A stretch of DNA of 64,000 nucleotides. Origin: Syntrophales bacterium. Its GTDB lineage: Bacteria; Desulfobacterota; Syntrophia; Syntrophales; UBA2210. The notes beneath the pieces are model-generated. The model saw only the letters and a list, made by a program, of their open reading frames with translations, was not told the origin of the DNA and ran no database searches. Both the position numbers and the translations under genes were made by a program. Where the stretch lies: contig CAXXKT010000003.1 of the NCBI GenBank assembly GCA_963662405.2, positions 96,001 to 160,000 of the forward strand, read 5' to 3'. Numbering within the stretch: the first letter of the stretch is position 1; the number at the start of each line of letters is the position of its first letter. This document shows positions 59,390 through 64,000 of the stretch, piece by piece.

Positions 59390-60265
59390 ATGCTGTCCGA
59401 AGAACAACTCAAGAAGATCCAGAAATTCCACTTCAGCACCCGAAAACTGGCCAGTGGACTCTTCGCCGGGCAGTATGAGAGCGCCTTCGCGGGGCAGGGC
59501 CTGGAGTTCGCCGAGGTCCGTGAATACCAGCCGGGGGACGATGTCAGGTCCATCGACTGGAACGTCTCGGCCCGGTTCGGGCACCCCTACGTCAAGGTCT
59601 TCCACGAGGAGCGGGAGCTGACGGTCATGCTTCTCCTCGACCTGTCCGGGTCCCAGCGGTTCGGGACGAGGCAGCGATTCAAGCGGGAGATCGTGGCCGA
59701 GGTGGCGGGGATGCTGGCCTTTCTTGCCATCAGGACCAACGACAAGGTCGGAGCCATCCTCTTCAGTTCCCAGGTGGAGCAGTATATCCCGCCCAAGAAG
59801 GGGGCCTCCCATGTCTGGCGGTTGATCAAGGAGATCTTTACCTACGAGCCCACCGATATGGGGACCGATATCAAGGCGGCCCTCGATTACCTCAACCGGG
59901 TCGTGAAACGTCACGCCGTCGTCTTTCTCATATCGGACTGTATGGATGGTGGCTTTGATATCCCCCTGCGGATCGCGGCGCGGAAGCACGACCTGACCAT
60001 TATCCGGATATCGGATCCGGCGGAGGAAGAACTCCCCGATGTGGGGATGGCCTGCCTGCGTGATCCCGAGACGGATCAGATGGCGCTGATCGACACGGGA
60101 AGCGGGGCCTTGAAAGAGCGGTGGCGCCGGTTCCGGGAGGAACAGCGTTCCGGTCTCTCCGATCTCCTGAATCGGTCCGGGGTCGACCTGGTCGATATCA
60201 CGACGGACGGATCGGTCTCGGAGCCCTTGGTACACCTGTTTGAAAAGAGGAGAAGGCGGCGGTGA
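59390..60265 (+). CDS. DUF58 domain-containing protein
   Basis: GLEFAEVREYQPGDDVRSIDW, DLSGS. Confidence 0.92.
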   Translation: MLSEEQLKKIQKFHFSTRKLASGLFAGQYESAFAGQGLEFAEVREYQPGDDVRSIDWNVSARFGHPYVKVFHEERELTVMLLLDLSGSQRFGTRQRFKREIVAEVAGMLAFLAIRTNDKVGAILFSSQVEQYIPPKKGASHVWRLIKEIFTYEPTDMGTDIKAALDYLNRVVKRHAVVFLISDCMDGGFDIPLRIAARKHDLTIIRISDPAEEELPDVGMACLRDPETDQMALIDTGSGALKERWRRFREEQRSGLSDLLNRSGVDLVDITTDGSVSEPLVHLFEKRRRRR

Positions 60266-61221
60266 CGATCTTCCCGGCACGAAACATACGTCTCCGAATG
60301 CGACTTTTCCTGGGTGTCCTGATCTGTGTCTCCCTTGCGGCACTGCCGGCCCGGTCCGGCACGGGGAAGGCGGTCTCTATCCCGAAACTGACCGCGTCGA
60401 TGGAAACGACCGGCGCACGGGTCGGCGATCAGCTGTGGCTGGAGCTCAGGTATGCGCTCCCCGAAGGGGCCCGGTTGTCCAAAGACGCTCCCATCGAAGG
60501 GATCGAGGGTGTGACCGTCATCGAACAGGAACGCCGGCCGGGGACGGTCAGGATCCGATTCCTGGTTGACCGGCTGGAGTCGTTCGATCTGGGGCCTTTC
60601 GCGCTGAAGTGGCTCGACGGAGACGGAAAGGAAGAGACGATCCAGGCTGACCCGATCGCCGTCGAGGTCGCATCGAACCTGGGGAAGAAACCGGAGGAGG
60701 CAACGCTCAGGCCGATCCGGGATATCATGCCGGTTGAGCCCCGGTGGCCCTTATATCTGATGGCCGCCCTCGCCCTCATCGGCATTGTTGCCGCCCTCGC
60801 GTGGTGGAGCAGGAAACGCCGTGTAAGAGATAGCCGGACGGTCATGGAGGACCCGCCTCATGTCCGGGCGGAGAAGGAGATCGATCGGCTCCTCGCCGCC
60901 GGTCTCTTTGAGAAGGGGGAGACCAAGGCCTTTTATTTTTCCTTTTCCGAGACCGTCCGTCGCTATATAGAGGCCATCCAGCACTTCCCCGCCGCGGAGA
61001 TGACAACCGAAGAGATCCGGCGACACATGGGTCCCAATGGGGATGACCAAGAGGTCCTGCAGCTCCTCGGGCAGGTGGATCTCGTGAAATTCGCCGACGC
61101 AGTTCCCACACCGGATCGCAAGGAGCGGGACATACGGATGGCTCGGAACTATATCCGGCAGACCGCCCCGGCACCTGCCGAAGGTCCAGCGGGACCGGCC
61201 GGGAAGGAGGCGGGGAAATGA
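60262..61221 (+). CDS. Bat-operon membrane protein (hypothetical)
   Basis: Signal peptide, single TM, AEMTTEE, DLVKFA. Confidence 0.7.
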   Translation: MTIFPARNIRLRMRLFLGVLICVSLAALPARSGTGKAVSIPKLTASMETTGARVGDQLWLELRYALPEGARLSKDAPIEGIEGVTVIEQERRPGTVRIRFLVDRLESFDLGPFALKWLDGDGKEETIQADPIAVEVASNLGKKPEEATLRPIRDIMPVEPRWPLYLMAALALIGIVAALAWWSRKRRVRDSRTVMEDPPHVRAEKEIDRLLAAGLFEKGETKAFYFSFSETVRRYIEAIQHFPAAEMTTEEIRRHMGPNGDDQEVLQLLGQVDLVKFADAVPTPDRKERDIRMARNYIRQTAPAPAEGPAGPAGKEAGK

Positions 61222-62213
61222 CGTTCCGCCTGGCCTATCCCGAGGTGCTGGTCCTGTTGATCCCTGTCGCCGGTTGGCTCGTCTGGGCCCTCAGACGCAG
61301 ACCGATCGGGATCACCTATTCCATGACCACCATGATAGCACGACTCGCCGGGGGCACCGGACGTCTGGTAGGACGGATCCCCCTGGTGCTCAGGGCCCTG
61401 TGCCTGGTTCTGCTCGTCATCGCCGCCGCCCGCCCCCAGCTGTACAATGTCTCGCGGGAGATCAAGTCGCCCGGTGTGGACATCATGATCTGTCTGGACA
61501 CGTCCGGGTCCATGCAGGCGCTCGATTTTACCCTCGACGGAGAGCCGGTCTCGCGGCTGGCGGCGGTGAAAAAGGTGGTGGGGGAGTTCATCGAGAAGCG
61601 GGAGATGGACCGGATCGGACTGGTGGTCTTCGGAACGGAGGCCTTTACCCAGTCCCCCCTGACGCTGGATAAGGGGCTCATCATGGATCTGGTGAAGCGG
61701 ATGGAGATCGGCATGGCCGGGGAGAAGACGGCCATCGGCTCGGCGATCGCCGTGGGGGGCAAGCGGATGAAAGACCTGAAGGCCAAATCGAAGATCCTCA
61801 TCCTCCTGACGGACGGCAAGCAGACCGCCGGGTCCCTCACACCGGCCGAGGCCGCCGAGGCGGCCCGGGCGCTGGGGATCAAGATCTACACCATCGGCGT
61901 GGGGAGTACGGGCTCGGCGCCCTTCCCGGTACAGACGCCCTTCGGTCCGCGAATCGTCCGACAGGTCGTCGAGATGGACGAAGAGACGCTGATGAAGGTC
62001 GCCGACATCGGACAGGGACAGTATTTCCGGGCCGCCGATACCGAGCGGTTGCAGGAGATATACGATATTATTGACCGTCAGGAGAAGACCGAGGCTGTGG
62101 TCAAGGAATTTTTTCACTTCAGGGAACTCTATCCCTGGTTCCTGGTGCCGGCCCTTCTCCTGCTGATTGCGGAGTTTCTCCTCCGCGCCACCGTACTGAG
62201 GGTGATTCCATGA
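61218..62213 (+). CDS. batA: vWA domain protein BatA
   Basis: AARPQ, DTSGSM MIDAS, TAIG, LLTDG. Confidence 0.88.
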   Translation: MTFRLAYPEVLVLLIPVAGWLVWALRRRPIGITYSMTTMIARLAGGTGRLVGRIPLVLRALCLVLLVIAAARPQLYNVSREIKSPGVDIMICLDTSGSMQALDFTLDGEPVSRLAAVKKVVGEFIEKREMDRIGLVVFGTEAFTQSPLTLDKGLIMDLVKRMEIGMAGEKTAIGSAIAVGGKRMKDLKAKSKILILLTDGKQTAGSLTPAEAAEAARALGIKIYTIGVGSTGSAPFPVQTPFGPRIVRQVVEMDEETLMKVADIGQGQYFRAADTERLQEIYDIIDRQEKTEAVVKEFFHFRELYPWFLVPALLLLIAEFLLRATVLRVIP

Positions 62214-64000
62214 CACTGGCGCACCCATGGGTTTTACATCTTCTCTGGATACTGCCGGTGGCGGGCTGGCTCCTGATCGCCCAGAGACGACGACGGCGGA
62301 AGGCACTGGAGCGGTTTGCCGAGAGCGGCCTCCTGGCGCGCCTGACGCCGGAGGACCATGACGGAAAGCGTCTCCTCAAGGGGCTCCTCCTGCTCTGTGC
62401 CCTGGGGGTCCTGATCCTGGCCCTCGCCGGTCCCCGCTGGGGGAACCACTACCAGGAGGTCAGCCGTCGCGGCGTGGATATCATGGTGGTGGTGGACGTG
62501 TCGAAGAGCATGGAGGTAGAGGATGTCAAACCCCACCGCCTGGAGCGTGCCCGGCGGGAGATCATCGATTTTCTCAAGGTGGTCGCGGGGGACCGCGTGG
62601 GGCTGACGGCCTTCGCCGGGGCTGCCTTTGTGCAGTGCCCGCTGACCCTGGACTATGCGGCCCTGGAGATGTTCCTGACCGCCCTGGAGCCGGGGATCAT
62701 CCCGGTCCCCGGGACCGACCTCGGGTCTGCCGTCGAGACGGCCCTTTCGGCCTTCGATTTCAAGACGGAAACGGATAAGGTGATGCTCATGATCACCGAC
62801 GGCGAGGACAACGAAGAGAACGGCCTGGAGGCCGCACGGAAAGCGGCCGGGCAGGGGGTCAAGATCTTTGTCTTCGGTATCGGAGACCCGTCCGGCGGAC
62901 CGATCCCTGCCGGGGACAACCGGGGCGGCTTCAAGAAGGACGCCGACGGCAAGCTGGTTCTGTCCAAACTCGACGAGGGTACCTTACGGGAGATCGCGTC
63001 CGTGACCGGGGGAGGGTATGTCCGTTCGGTGGCGGGGGACCTGGATCTGGACATGCTCTATTTCGCGGGCATAAAACGAAAGACCGAGGCGCAGGTACTG
63101 AAGAGTGGGAAGATCAAGGTGCACGACGAGCGGTTCTTCGTCTTCGTCCTGTTCGCCTTCCTCATGCTCCTGGCGGAGGCGATCATCGATGACAAACGGC
63201 GGCCGACGGGGAAGAAACGGTTCGGGTTCCTGCTCATACTGGTGATTTTTTCCCTGTGTGTTATTCCAGAGCCGAAAGACGCCCTCGCTGCCGAATCCTC
63301 GCCGGATGAACTCTATCGTCAGGGCCGGTATGCGGACGCCGAAGAAGGGTATAACCGGCTCGACATGGATCACCCCAAGGACATTCGCTACCGCTATAAC
63401 CGGGGGTGCGCCGCCTTCCAGGGGGGGAAATACACGGCCGCCACGGCCGCCTTCTCCAGCGTCCTGAAGAGGACGGAAGACCCCGCGGTGCGCTTCAAGG
63501 CCGCCTACAACCTGGGGAACACGGCCTTCAACCAGGGTGATTTTGAGGCGGCGGCGGGGTTTTTCAGGCAGGCCCTCGCCGACGATTCCACCAGCGACGA
63601 CGCTCGGTATAACCTGGAACTGTCGCTGCGGGCACTGGAGAAGGCGAAAGATCAGGCGTCCGATTCGAAGCAATCCCCGACCGGGGAAGGGTGCGATAAG
63701 AAGGGCGGGGATCAGGATCGGAAAAACGGCGGGGAGGGGAACGAGGAAAAATCTCTGGAGGGGTCTAGATCCGAACAGGAAAAGCAGTCTGAGTCGGGGC
63801 AGAAACAGCAATCCGATACATGGCAGGACCAGGAGGCGGACGGAGATACACGACCTGAAAGACAGGCCGATGAGGATCTGTCCGGAGAACTGAAGGTGCG
63901 CGGAGAGATGGCGGAGATGAAGGAACGGAAAGATACCCCGGAGGATGGCACGGTCGCCACGGATGCGAAGAAGGCGGAGGCCCTCTTCGATAACGTCCGG
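62210..64000 (+). CDS. vWA + TPR protein (BatB fused to BatC-like), partial
   Basis: Not in ORF track (no stop in window); MTLAHPWVLHLL...AGPRWG...DVSKSM...ITDGED, then TM, TPRs (YNLGN, ARYNLE) and an acidic linker. Confidence 0.85.
   Translation, partial: MTLAHPWVLHLLWILPVAGWLLIAQRRRRRKALERFAESGLLARLTPEDHDGKRLLKGLLLLCALGVLILALAGPRWGNHYQEVSRRGVDIMVVVDVSKSMEVEDVKPHRLERARREIIDFLKVVAGDRVGLTAFAGAAFVQCPLTLDYAALEMFLTALEPGIIPVPGTDLGSAVETALSAFDFKTETDKVMLMITDGEDNEENGLEAARKAAGQGVKIFVFGIGDPSGGPIPAGDNRGGFKKDADGKLVLSKLDEGTLREIASVTGGGYVRSVAGDLDLDMLYFAGIKRKTEAQVLKSGKIKVHDERFFVFVLFAFLMLLAEAIIDDKRRPTGKKRFGFLLILVIFSLCVIPEPKDALAAESSPDELYRQGRYADAEEGYNRLDMDHPKDIRYRYNRGCAAFQGGKYTAATAAFSSVLKRTEDPAVRFKAAYNLGNTAFNQGDFEAAAGFFRQALADDSTSDDARYNLELSLRALEKAKDQASDSKQSPTGEGCDKKGGDQDRKNGGEGNEEKSLEGSRSEQEKQSESGQKQQSDTWQDQEADGDTRPERQADEDLSGELKVRGEMAEMKERKDTPEDGTVATDAKKAEALFDNVR

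Overview
Window from a GC-rich bacterium whose gene content suggests Desulfobacterota/Syntrophales (inference). From left to right: (1) a minus-strand metal-uptake cluster (DtxR-family regulator, two feoA, a split feoB, DUF4198, porin, DUF2325, FeoC-like, DUF3450, two ExbB-like genes) with repeated candidate operator boxes; (2) an M23 peptidase, glnHPQ-like ABC transporter, MBL hydrolase and an IPTL-CTERM M43 protease; (3) a sigma28-type promoter plus c-di-GMP-I riboswitch ahead of fliD-like and flgC-like genes, interrupted by an IS110 element whose non-coding end shows two bridge-RNA-like loops matching its target and donor junctions; (4) housekeeping genes (cysK, ettA, S4 protein); (5) an AT-rich island of about 12 kb with two convergent candidate defence operons, ATP-grasp(frameshifted)-SIR2-STAND ATPase/pentapeptide-radical SAM and SF1 helicase-DarT-ADP-ribosylglycohydrolase-HNH, each preceded by a related leader/terminator element also found before a neighbouring patatin operon; (6) transporters, a diguanylate cyclase, and a RAYT transposase whose terminal repeat forms six further dispersed inverted doublets; (7) an ArsR/permease/thioredoxin/CcdA cluster, a second GEMM-like riboswitch before a PilX-like gene, and the start of a MoxR/Bat operon. 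All family calls come from motif recognition by eye; no searches were run.
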